From positions 3,495 to 67,494 of the forward strand of contig CAYXFU010000005.1 in NCBI GenBank assembly GCA_964464375.1: 64,000 nt of DNA, read 5' to 3'. Shown piece by piece: positions 1-8,816 of this stretch. The notes below the pieces were generated by a model that was not told where the DNA came from, did not search any database, and saw only the letters and a program-made list of their open reading frames with translations. Position numbers and translations under genes: made by a program. This stretch comes from an uncultured Hyphomicrobiales bacterium (GTDB lineage: Bacteria; Bacteroidota; Ignavibacteria; Kapaibacteriales; UBA2268). The first letter of the stretch is position 1; the number at the start of each line of letters is the position of its first letter.

Positions 1-312
1 CCGAACATATATCCTGTTGCATTCATTGCAGTCTTTTGATCACACTGTGCTACAACTTTATATCCAAGTATTCTGGCTAGCTCCTTTAGTGATACTTCAA
101 GATCACCATGCTGCAAAACGATAAATATATCTTTGCTATCGCCGATTAGTACTAGTGTTTTAATTACTAAATGCTCATCAACTTCAAGTTCAATAGCTGT
201 ATGATGAGTACCGCCTTTTTCCTCATATTCATAGAAAAAAGCTTCAAACTGTACCTTGTGCGATTTCAATAGGCGAATAGCCTGCGTAACGGGAATTTCC
301 TGCTTACTCATT
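1..312 (-). CDS. ybaK: Cys-tRNA(Pro)/Cys-tRNA(Cys) deacylase YbaK/ProX family (partial, 3' end outside window)
   Basis: Minus-strand translation starting at ATG (complement of 310-312) reads MSKQEIPVTQAIRLLKSHKVQFEAFFYEYEEKGGTHHTAIELEVDEHLVIKTLVLIGD...; this matches YbaK-type aminoacyl-tRNA deacylases. The ORF runs off the window edge. Confidence 0.65.
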
Positions 313-326
313 TGATAAGGGTAAAT

Positions 327-1136
327 CTATTGATAATATTCATATTCTGTTTTGTAGTAGCTTTTGGAACCATCAATATTAATCTTAATGTAACCGGTCA
401 TTTTCAAATTATCATCATATAAATAATTAATCTTGACCTTATTTCCTAGAAAAGCAATTTGTTCATTTAGCTTTTGTTTGCTTTTTCCATATTTGAATTT
501 AGTAGTTGAGAGAAGACGACCGTTACTTTTAACTCTCTCCTCAATTAAATTATTTTGTTTATCATACTTAAATTCATATTTATCCACAAGGATACGATCA
601 CTTTCAGATTCGACTACATTGCCTAGTTTATCTGTCTTGGGGTAAAAAGTATATCCATTCTTTTTAATTAAATTTCCCTTTTTGTCATAAATTAATTCGT
701 ATTCGCGGTATTCAGCACCAGAACTGGTAATAGTTGTATATCTGCCTAATGAATCATAATTAAACGAAGTAATCAAAGTATTTGCAGCGGCAGCTGTTTT
801 CATTTGAGTTTTCAAGTATCCATCACTATGATATTCGTACCTTGAATTTAATGAATCTTCAGTAGATTCATATTCAGAAAGGTTAATAATTTTGCCATCA
901 GGATCAAAATGAGTGACTTTAATAAGTCTGCCATTGCTGAAACTTAATGAATCATTCATATCCGCCGATGGAAGCAGGAGTGCAATATATTGAACTTTGA
1001 TCTTGTTGGTCTTGATAATTGCTCTTTGCCAAATCAGATTGGTCTGTTCATTGCTGATAGCTCTTAGCTGTGCGAATAAAGGACAACCGGAAAAAATGAA
1101 AAAGCCGAGCAAAAAAAATGTAATTATTCTAATCAT
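327..1136 (-). CDS. secreted/lipoprotein made of YD (RHS-type) repeats, no toxin domain
   Basis: N-terminal signal peptide with FIFSGC lipobox-like motif. At least five repeats follow of the form YxYDxxGxL (YEYHSDGYL, FNYDSLGRY, LIYDKKGNL, FKYDKQNNL, YLYDDNLKM). Confidence 0.6.
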   Translation of the reverse strand: MIRIITFFLLGFFIFSGCPLFAQLRAISNEQTNLIWQRAIIKTNKIKVQYIALLLPSADMNDSLSFSNGRLIKVTHFDPDGKIINLSEYESTEDSLNSRYEYHSDGYLKTQMKTAAAANTLITSFNYDSLGRYTTITSSGAEYREYELIYDKKGNLIKKNGYTFYPKTDKLGNVVESESDRILVDKYEFKYDKQNNLIEERVKSNGRLLSTTKFKYGKSKQKLNEQIAFLGNKVKINYLYDDNLKMTGYIKINIDGSKSYYKTEYEYYQ

Positions 1137-1213
1137 AAACTAATTAAAATCATTTGTAATAATAATTCAACTCTATAGACTTATTTCATAAAAAATATTG
1201 TAGATATATTTGA

Positions 1214-4200
1214 TTATAGCCAGCTGTATAAGTGGCTACGCATACCCATAATCAACTGAGACAATTCAGATTCAATGTTAATTAACTCCGCTTTATCCCA
1301 GGAGAATTCGTGAGACCAATCGTTATCTTCAGCATCTTCTATTGCTAATCTAGTGAATAATAATCTAGCTTTTATGTTCTTTTTGTCTGGATAGAGTTTA
1401 TGAACAAAATATGCATAGGTTCGCATCTGCAGTTCATAATGCTTTGCATGCGCTTCAACTGTAAATTTTTCGTTCACAATATTAGATTTCCAGTCCCATA
1501 TCTCGATTGAGTCTTCATTTTCAATAAGCAGATCGATGCTCCCGTTCAGAATATCACCATTAATAGGAAGTATCAGATTGAACTCCGGTTTTCCATTAAG
1601 TATATGTTTCAAATTATTCTTTATCAACTTTGTCCCAGCAATTTTCCGGCATTCAATCATCAATCTGGAAGAAAGACTGGATGGAGTATCAAAGTCTGCT
1701 TTAGTATATCGGGAAATTTCATTTTTCAAAGATTCAGTATTGATAATTCCATCTTTGTTTATCCACCTTGAAATACTCTGAAGAACTGAGTGAATTGCCA
1801 AACCTGCTGTAAACCCTGTAGTAATTGGCATATCGCTTTGAATTTCAAACTCCTTGTCATAATCAATTGGATTTATATCAGGCATTCCAAATATATATTT
1901 TTTTGAATAGGATAATGAATCAGACTCATAAGTCATCAATTTAGTAGGTGAAAACATTTCATTTGTTTGGGTAGATTTTATATCCTTATTGAGCATGATT
2001 TTGTCGGATGCTTTGATAATCCTAACTTCTGAAGTTATGCCCGAAATATCAATATTTGTTAAAATATCAATCGGATAAGTGATTTTTACAGGGTATATCC
2101 TGGATTGATTATATACATTCAGTTCATCCGATATGAGGATTGTATCTTTCGCAATTATTTCTGAAAATTGAATTTCCAATGAACTGATAATATCATCAAT
2201 AAATCCATTGATGGTATAAACATCCTTCTTCTCGTTGTACTTGTATGTCGATGAAATAACTATTTTACTCTTCGATCGGGTTAGTGCAACATACAGCAAT
2301 CTCTTTTTTTCGGCTTTCTCTGCAAGTTGGCTTATCCTTTTGTTAATCAGGAATTGTGGTGTATCTAAATCTTGCTTATAGAGTTCTTCTATTGCTACAG
2401 GAATTTTATAACCAATTCCGTATTCAGGTGTAATATAATAAGACGGATTATGGTTTGGTGAAAAATTACTATTAAACAATATAACTACCGGAAATTCCAA
2501 ACCCTTGGAGGCATGTATTGTCATAATATTTACAGCATTTTCACCCGTAATAATTGCTGCTTCGCTCTCGAGTATTTTATTTCCAGAGATAAAATTCATC
2601 TCCTCAACAAAATCATAGAGATTCTTAAAACCCTTATTCTCGTATTCACGTGCTATTTGAATAAATTTATCCATATTTGCTAATATCTGATATTTTGCAT
2701 TGCTATCATTGATTGTTCCATACCAGCCACAGGTCTGATTAATCATGATAATAATCTTTGATACCGGCATTGATGTTGAAGTTGCTATGATGTTTGTTAA
2801 TGAGTCAACTATAAGGTTGTAATTTGATTCAGTTATTAAATGGTTCAATTTCTCCCAAAAGGAGCCTTCAGCCTCTGATTTTGCTATTCTATAAATAGAA
2901 CTGTCGTCCATGTTGAAGTATCTTGATCTTAGGACCGAAATCAAAGCAGCATCATCATCCGGATTGTAAATAAACTTCATAAATGATAATATATCTATGA
3001 TCTCAGGAGATTGATAGAAACCTTTTCCTGAGTGAACCAGGAAAGGTATGTTGAATTCTATGAACTTTGTTGCTAATTTCTGGAAGTTATTTTTAGTCTG
3101 ACTTAAGATTGTTATATCTTTGAATTCATAATCGTTATCGGGATCATTCACAAGTTTGAGTATATATTTTGCGATTAGATTTTCTTCCAAAAAGCCTGTA
3201 TCCTCTTCTGCCTCATCAGAAGCTTCTTCTGAATTCTTTTGGTTTGACTTCTGTGGCAACTCTGACAGAAGAAATGAAATTGACCCTAACCTGGTATCTT
3301 TAATTATATTCAGGTTGTTCTCTTCCAATGTTTCTCCATCCTTTGAGCAAATCAATGGAATGTAATCAACATCATAATCAGAGTTTTTACTGTTCATTAA
3401 TTTGCCGCATACTTTGTTAACAAACGAAGCAGGCACTGGTGATAATCGAAAAGTTGTGGTTAAATTAACATTCCCAATAGAAGACTCCACATTTGCAAGA
3501 GCAGCTTCATTCGAGCTTGTTTTTGAATTCAAGTCTGATATATCTTTTCCTGCCTGCTGGAACACCCTGACATCTGCATTGCGGAAACCATAAATGCTCT
3601 GTTTAACGTCACCGACAATAAAAAGATTTATTAAATCCTTTCCCCCATCCTTGCCTTCAAGTTCCGGCATCAATTTTTTAACTATATCATACTGCAACTG
3701 ATTTGTATCCTGGAATTCATCCACCATCAGGAAATCAACCTTGCTTCGGATTCGTGCAACAACATCAGAATTGTCGAGAAGTTTGCTGGCATACATTTGC
3801 AGATCATTAATATCCAGTGCATTGAGCAATAATTTCTCTTCATCGATTGAATGTATTACAACTTTAGAAAAATCGAGCAACAGTCTTGAAAGACCAATTT
3901 GTTCTACCTGTTTGTCGAAATTATCAACATAATTCTTAACAATATCAATCTTTTTCTGCAGTTCCTTACCATCCAAACTGTTTAGATATTCAATATCATC
4001 GGCATTATCTAAACATTTTCTAAACTCAACTCTAACACCGGTATCGGTAAGCATGAATTTTTTTAGTGCCTGATACGCATCGAGAATTGCACTGATAGTT
4101 GAGTATTCCACTACATCAGTATTCAAATAATGGGATATTTTCTTTGCATAAACTAAAGCATCAGGAAATTTCTTAGTAAGGCTGTCGATTACTCCACGAT

Positions 4201-4951
4201 TGACAATTTGGATGAGTAATTCTGCATACTGCAGGAGTGGTTCAACATATTCTCTCTGCATAATCATTTTGATTTCATCAAGGATTTCCTGATCGGATTT
4301 TGCATAGAAAACATCCAGATTCTTCTTGATTTCAATCTTATCGATAATAGCCGATACGATTGTATTGACTTTATCCTGGTTTAACATTCTGAGCATCCGC
4401 TTGGAATTATTCCTTAATTCGAAGTCCGAAGATGTCAGCCAGTCTTCCAATGTACTCTCAATTGTCTTGTTGGTTAGTCTGATCTTATCAGGTTCACTCA
4501 ACTCAGCGAAATTGAGTGGCACACCGGCTTCAATAGGATATTCTTTCAATAATGAAGAACAAAAGCTATGGATTGTCGATATTCTGGCATAGGTCAAACC
4601 TTCGCGAATTTTTCTAAGAAGGTTTATTTGCTTAAAATCCTTTTTTTGACCCTCATCAGATTTAATAAGATTCGTCAGATCTTCATCAAATGAGCGGACT
4701 ACCTTCGCAAGCATTTCTGAAGCAGCTTTGCGGGTGAATGTTATTGCAAGAATCCTTGTAGGGTCAATTCTGAATTCATTACCTTTGAAGCTGTCAATCG
4801 GCAAAGTCGCATACTGTTTCAGAATTTTTTTAAATCTTTCGACAAGTACGAAAGTTTTCCCGGAACCTGCATTAGCAGTAACGGAAAGATGCTTATCTGT
4901 TGACAATGCCGATATTTGTTCACTGGTTAAGTTCACCGGGTATCCTGACAT
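1214..4951 (-). CDS. UvrD/PcrA-family superfamily-1 helicase fused to a C-terminal RecB-like PD-(D/E)XK nuclease (AddA/RecB-like helicase-nuclease)
   Basis: The 1245-aa product has an N-terminal Walker A (ANAGSGKTFVL). The C-terminus carries nuclease motifs (GSIDLLIEN..IEIWDWKSN, QMRTYAYF = QxxxY). Confidence 0.85.
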   Translation of the reverse strand: MSGYPVNLTSEQISALSTDKHLSVTANAGSGKTFVLVERFKKILKQYATLPIDSFKGNEFRIDPTRILAITFTRKAASEMLAKVVRSFDEDLTNLIKSDEGQKKDFKQINLLRKIREGLTYARISTIHSFCSSLLKEYPIEAGVPLNFAELSEPDKIRLTNKTIESTLEDWLTSSDFELRNNSKRMLRMLNQDKVNTIVSAIIDKIEIKKNLDVFYAKSDQEILDEIKMIMQREYVEPLLQYAELLIQIVNRGVIDSLTKKFPDALVYAKKISHYLNTDVVEYSTISAILDAYQALKKFMLTDTGVRVEFRKCLDNADDIEYLNSLDGKELQKKIDIVKNYVDNFDKQVEQIGLSRLLLDFSKVVIHSIDEEKLLLNALDINDLQMYASKLLDNSDVVARIRSKVDFLMVDEFQDTNQLQYDIVKKLMPELEGKDGGKDLINLFIVGDVKQSIYGFRNADVRVFQQAGKDISDLNSKTSSNEAALANVESSIGNVNLTTTFRLSPVPASFVNKVCGKLMNSKNSDYDVDYIPLICSKDGETLEENNLNIIKDTRLGSISFLLSELPQKSNQKNSEEASDEAEEDTGFLEENLIAKYILKLVNDPDNDYEFKDITILSQTKNNFQKLATKFIEFNIPFLVHSGKGFYQSPEIIDILSFMKFIYNPDDDAALISVLRSRYFNMDDSSIYRIAKSEAEGSFWEKLNHLITESNYNLIVDSLTNIIATSTSMPVSKIIIMINQTCGWYGTINDSNAKYQILANMDKFIQIAREYENKGFKNLYDFVEEMNFISGNKILESEAAIITGENAVNIMTIHASKGLEFPVVILFNSNFSPNHNPSYYITPEYGIGYKIPVAIEELYKQDLDTPQFLINKRISQLAEKAEKKRLLYVALTRSKSKIVISSTYKYNEKKDVYTINGFIDDIISSLEIQFSEIIAKDTILISDELNVYNQSRIYPVKITYPIDILTNIDISGITSEVRIIKASDKIMLNKDIKSTQTNEMFSPTKLMTYESDSLSYSKKYIFGMPDINPIDYDKEFEIQSDMPITTGFTAGLAIHSVLQSISRWINKDGIINTESLKNEISRYTKADFDTPSSLSSRLMIECRKIAGTKLIKNNLKHILNGKPEFNLILPINGDILNGSIDLLIENEDSIEIWDWKSNIVNEKFTVEAHAKHYELQMRTYAYFVHKLYPDKKNIKARLLFTRLAIEDAEDNDWSHEFSWDKAELINIESELSQLIMGMRSHLYSWL

Positions 4952-5018
4952 TTTTTAGTTTAAAAGTTAATAAATTATGAAAAATCATAAATATTGCGTA
5001 TTTTTGTATTCTAAACAT

Positions 5019-5091
5019 CGCGGGGTGGAGCAAATGGTAGCTCGTCGGGCTCATAACCCGAAGGCTCTAGGTTCAAGTCCTAGCCCCGCTA
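5019..5091 (+). tRNA. initiator tRNA-fMet (anticodon CAT)
   Basis: A 73-nt cloverleaf: acceptor CGCGGGG/CCCCGCU, U8, D-stem GAGC/GCTC, anticodon stem TCGGG/CCCGA with three consecutive G-C pairs, loop CTCATAA, T-arm CTAGG-TTCAAGT-CCTAG. Position 1 (C) is unpaired with position 72 (U). It is near-identical in layout to E. coli tRNAfMet, and CCA is not encoded. Confidence 0.88.
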
Positions 5092-5776
5092 CTAAGCAAT
5101 CTTTCGAACACTTGGTCAGTCCTTGCATTACGGACTTTTAAAGAACGCCTACTGACAAAACTACTGACAAAAAACCAATTTCATTTTCCTCTGACTTCGA
5201 AAATCACATTCGAAATATTAAAGCCAAAAACCCTGAAAATTCGAAAAATTACTTTACTCAAAAGAATTAGATTGAAAATGAATACCAGAGTTTGTTTTTA
5301 TCAACCCATTCTTTAGCATAGAGTTTGTAATAATTTAATCATTCAAAGTTTTTAATTGAGTTTGAAGTAACTCTCACATCTCCCTCACTATCTTTACTGT
5401 TTCCATATTTACCGTAACTATCTACGGTTACATCACAGGATATAACTCGGTTTAATAGAGAGCATAATGAACTATCAATCTCATAGACAAACATCAGACT
5501 AATTTAACTGCTGGAAAAAAATAACTTTCAAATATAAGACTTTTAGAGCAAAACTATGACGTGTATATTAAATCCAATGAATTATTTACTCCAGCTAACA
5601 CAAAATATTAATAAATTCGGAATTTAATTTAGTGCAAAACGTCCATTTATATGTAAGAATTTTCATCATGTGTTCAGGACGGTTAGTGAATAAGAAAAAA
5701 AATATATATTGTTGTGGATATTCCTCTTACCATATTTATTACTGTCTTAATATTTTTTAAATTTTACCGATATTAA

Positions 5777-6232
5777 GTGAATAATTATTTAAATTTAATT
5801 TTTATTCTCAATGATTGGGAGAACGCTATGCAGTGGGAGAATAACTTTGAAGTTGGTGTCAAAAGTATTGACATCGAGCATCGTGAATTAGTAAAAATGA
5901 TAACCAGGCTCGAGAACAGCCTTTCTAAGGGTATGGAATCATATCACTTGGGGTTAGTGATAAAAGATTTAGTCGCTTATACAAAACATCACTTTGCATC
6001 TGAAGAAAGTGTGATGAAACAAATTCATTTCGCTGAATTAGATAGGCATAAAAAGTTGCATGAAGATCTTATCCAGGATGTTATCAATATTTTGATAAAT
6101 CTCAAAGTGGGTAAAGATATAACGAGTAATGAGTTAATAGCTTTCTTGACAAAATGGTTAAACGAACATATAATTAATGAAGACAAGAAAATTGGAACCT
6201 ATTATGCAGGTTATATTGATATGAATCTATAG
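5777..6232 (+). CDS. bacteriohemerythrin (hemerythrin-like metal-binding protein); real start probably at 5828 (MQWENNF...)
   Basis: W-x-x-x-FEVGV-x-x-IDIEHRELV motif, plus downstream His/Glu ligand positions (HHFASEE, H..LHEDL) typical of hemerythrin-like domains. Confidence 0.75.
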   Translation: MNNYLNLIFILNDWENAMQWENNFEVGVKSIDIEHRELVKMITRLENSLSKGMESYHLGLVIKDLVAYTKHHFASEESVMKQIHFAELDRHKKLHEDLIQDVINILINLKVGKDITSNELIAFLTKWLNEHIINEDKKIGTYYAGYIDMNL

Positions 6233-6426
6233 GAAGAATAATCATGTTTCTATAGAATCTCTACCGATTGAAGGCATGAAGTAACCTTTCTGCGAGCAGT
6301 GCCAGTCGGCCCTGGAATTCATAGCCAAGAATTATTTCAAGTGAATTTCATGAAAAAAGAATGGTTCAGTACCAATTATGAAATTCGGAGAAGACCATTA
6401 CTGAGGATTTCGTTACTAATATTTAA

Positions 6427-6454
6427 CCCAGGCTTCTGCAAGCCAGGGTTTTTT
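6427..6454 (+). terminator. rho-independent terminator-like hairpin (CCCAGGCTT-ctgc-AAGCCAGGG + T6)
   Basis: GC-rich imperfect stem followed by TTTTTT, inside the decayed non-coding patch. Confidence 0.4.
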
Positions 6455-6540
6455 AATATTGAATATAAACTAATTAAAAAATTCCTTAATTTGAAGCCGA
6501 TAAAATGGCAATTCCAAAACGCTATCAAAAAATTTAGGAG

Positions 6541-6803
6541 GATTATCCGGAAGTTGCCCAAGCTTATGAAGAAATTGGAAATGGGAAATGGGAGATGCAG
6601 TGCACAGTACAGGAGCACTTGACGATAGGGCAAGAGCTTTGGTTAAGCTTGCTAGATCATCAGGGGTTCGTCTTGAGGTTGCTGTTTATTCCCATGCAAG
6701 AAAAGTATTGAAAGCCGGTTGCTCACCTGATAAGATGGAACATACGAATATGCTGGCTCTTCAAACAATCGGTCTTCCATCAACAACGGCAGCATTCAGG
6801 TGA
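6541..6803 (+). pseudogene. frameshifted remnant of a carboxymuconolactone decarboxylase (CMD/PcaC, AhpD-like) family gene
   Basis: Frame 1 (6541-~6600) reads DYPEVAQAYEEIGNGKWEM (CMD N-terminal-like). Frame 0 (6588-6803) reads GALDDRARALVKLARSSGVRLEVAVYSHARKVLKAGCSPDKMEHTNMLALQTIGLPSTTAAF, which aligns with the PcaC core (GLDRRSRSLVTLTALVARGHLPELEFHVRAALRNGVTPEEIKEVLLQTAIYAGVPAANTGF). There is no intact start. GC is locally much higher than in flanking DNA. Confidence 0.5.
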
Positions 6804-6831
6804 ATTGAGGATGTTTTAAATTAGGATTAAT

Positions 6832-7353
6832 ATGCAGAATCTTATAGCTCTATTTTGGTCATTCTTTAAGGTTGGATCATTTTCATTTGGAGGAGCGTAT
6901 TCGCTTCTACCATTGATTGAAAATGAGATTGTTGTCAATCATAGCTGGGTAACTAGGGACGAGTTCCTGAAGGTACTTGGAATGGTCGAGATCATACCCG
7001 GTGCTATTTCGATTAAATATGCAACTTATACTGGATTCAAAGTCGCCGGTGTACCTGGAATAATAGCGGCAAATTTAGGCAATATGATAATGCCTATCGG
7101 TTTGATTATACTTATTTCTAGCTTTTACTTCCATTTCGAGCAAAACAAACTGGTGATGAAAGCATTTCAGGGAGTTAAATTTGTTATAATCGGAATGATT
7201 CTTGCTGTCATGATAAAGTACCTTCAGAGCCAATACACAATGCCCAAGGAAATTATATTTATTGCTATCGGTCTTGTTCTCGCATTATTCTTTAAGTTTA
7301 ATCCTATTGTCATTATTTCAGTCGGTGTTATTCTCTCATTGATATTATTATGA
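6832..7353 (+). CDS. chrA: short-chain CHR family transporter (chromate-ion transporter ChrA-like, single half-size unit)
   Basis: CHR signature FKVGSFSFGGAYSLLPLIENEIVVNHSWVTRDEFLKVLGMVEIIPGAIS. The 173-aa product is entirely hydrophobic. Its stop overlaps the moaA start (ATGA). Confidence 0.7.
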   Translation: MQNLIALFWSFFKVGSFSFGGAYSLLPLIENEIVVNHSWVTRDEFLKVLGMVEIIPGAISIKYATYTGFKVAGVPGIIAANLGNMIMPIGLIILISSFYFHFEQNKLVMKAFQGVKFVIIGMILAVMIKYLQSQYTMPKEIIFIAIGLVLALFFKFNPIVIISVGVILSLILL

Positions 7354-8339
7354 TTCAACTCAAGGATGCATATAAACGCAAACATGACTATCTGAGGATA
7401 TCGCTTACAGACAGATGCAATTTGAATTGCATATATTGCAATCCAAACAGTAAACTTACTCTCTCTGAAAAATCAGATTTATTGACTTTTGAGGAAATTG
7501 AGAGAACTGTTGATATTTTCACATCATTAGGTGTGAATAAAATCCGTTTAACAGGTGGTGAACCACTAGCCAGGAAGAATATTACTGGTCTTTTCGTCAG
7601 ACTGAATGAAATTAAAAAAAGAAAACCATTCGAATTAGCGATTACGACTAATGGGTTATTACTTGAAGATAAGATTGAGGAACTGCAAGATTCTGGTCTA
7701 GACAGGGTCAACATTAGTCTCGATTCACTCAATCTACATACATTTGCCAGAATCACAGGCTCTGATGAGTTGATTACTGTTCTAAAATCAATAAACAAAG
7801 CTGTTCAACTAGGAATTAAAGTTAAGCTGAATACCGTTGTAATTAAGGGAATCAATGATTCGGAATTACTTGAATTCTGTAAGTTTTCAATAGATAATGG
7901 GATAAATGTCAGATTTATTGAATTTATGCCGTTCAGCAATAATGGATGGAATAATGAAAAATTCATCAGAACTGATGAAATGCTGGAACTAATTCGCTCC
8001 AAATATAAGCTTGAAAAATTACCTATTACAAATTCACCAGCTATTGATTACCAAATATCCGGAACAAAAGGAAAAATCAGCTTCATTAATTCAATTTCGG
8101 ATCATTTCTGCTCAAATTGCAACAGACTGAGATTAACTTCTATTGGAATGCTAAAGTTATGTTTGTTCTCATCTCATGAAAAAATGCTGAATTTAAAAAA
8201 GCTTATCTCCGAGAACAATGAGAACGATTCTATTGCAGCAATTATAAGCGACTACCTGCAATTGAAGGATTACGAACATCCATCACTCGAGAATTTGATT
8301 GCAATGAATAATAACAATATGATACAAATAGGTGGATGA
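7350..8339 (+). CDS. moaA: GTP 3',8-cyclase MoaA (molybdenum cofactor biosynthesis, radical SAM)
   Basis: CNLNCIYC radical-SAM cysteine triad, GGEPL, and overall MoaA length and order. Confidence 0.9.
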   Translation: MIQLKDAYKRKHDYLRISLTDRCNLNCIYCNPNSKLTLSEKSDLLTFEEIERTVDIFTSLGVNKIRLTGGEPLARKNITGLFVRLNEIKKRKPFELAITTNGLLLEDKIEELQDSGLDRVNISLDSLNLHTFARITGSDELITVLKSINKAVQLGIKVKLNTVVIKGINDSELLEFCKFSIDNGINVRFIEFMPFSNNGWNNEKFIRTDEMLELIRSKYKLEKLPITNSPAIDYQISGTKGKISFINSISDHFCSNCNRLRLTSIGMLKLCLFSSHEKMLNLKKLISENNENDSIAAIISDYLQLKDYEHPSLENLIAMNNNNMIQIGG

Positions 8340-8815
8340 TGGCTGAGTTAACACATTTGAACGAATCCGGCAAGGCACAAATGGTTGATGTTACCGATAA
8401 GGATGCTACTTACAGAACAGCATCGGCAAAGGGTGTTGTGTTGTTAAGTAACAATTCATACAATGCAATTAAAAACAACACTTTAATAAAAGGTGATGCC
8501 TTGGCAGTTGCTAAGATTGCCGGAATTCAAGCTGCTAAGAAAACAAGCGAGCTGATACCTTTATGTCATAATATATTCATTTCACAAATTGATCTCGATT
8601 TTATCCAAAACGATAGCTCACTTAGTATAACTATCATATCAAATGCTAAAACGGATGCAAAAACGGGGATTGAAATGGAAGCACTGACTGCTGTCTCTAT
8701 AGCCGCATTGACAATCTATGATATGTGCAAAAGCGTTGATAAATCAATTCAAATATCAGGTATTGAACTAATTAGCAAAACCGGTGGAAAATCCGGTGAT
8801 TATTATAAGGAATGA
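8336..8815 (+). CDS. moaC: cyclic pyranopterin monophosphate synthase MoaC
   Basis: MVDVTDK...KGDALAVAKIAGIQAAKKTSELIPLCHNI is a MoaC hallmark. Its start overlaps the moaA stop. Confidence 0.9.
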   Translation: MMAELTHLNESGKAQMVDVTDKDATYRTASAKGVVLLSNNSYNAIKNNTLIKGDALAVAKIAGIQAAKKTSELIPLCHNIFISQIDLDFIQNDSSLSITIISNAKTDAKTGIEMEALTAVSIAALTIYDMCKSVDKSIQISGIELISKTGGKSGDYYKE

Positions 8816-8816
8816 A

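Noticed and set aside
433-645. Small plus-strand ORFs (433-645, 1536-1781, 3156-3365, 3402-3593, 3741-3932, 4326-4592, 4728-4958) overlapping the YD-repeat and helicase-nuclease genes
   Set aside because: They lie entirely inside long, well-supported minus-strand genes and have low-complexity, AT-codon-driven products. They are antisense artefacts.
6299-6633. ORFs 6299-6622 (+) and 6376-6633 (-) in the decayed patch
   Set aside because: Mutually overlapping on opposite strands, with no motifs. The region is better explained as a frameshifted CMD-family pseudogene plus remnants.
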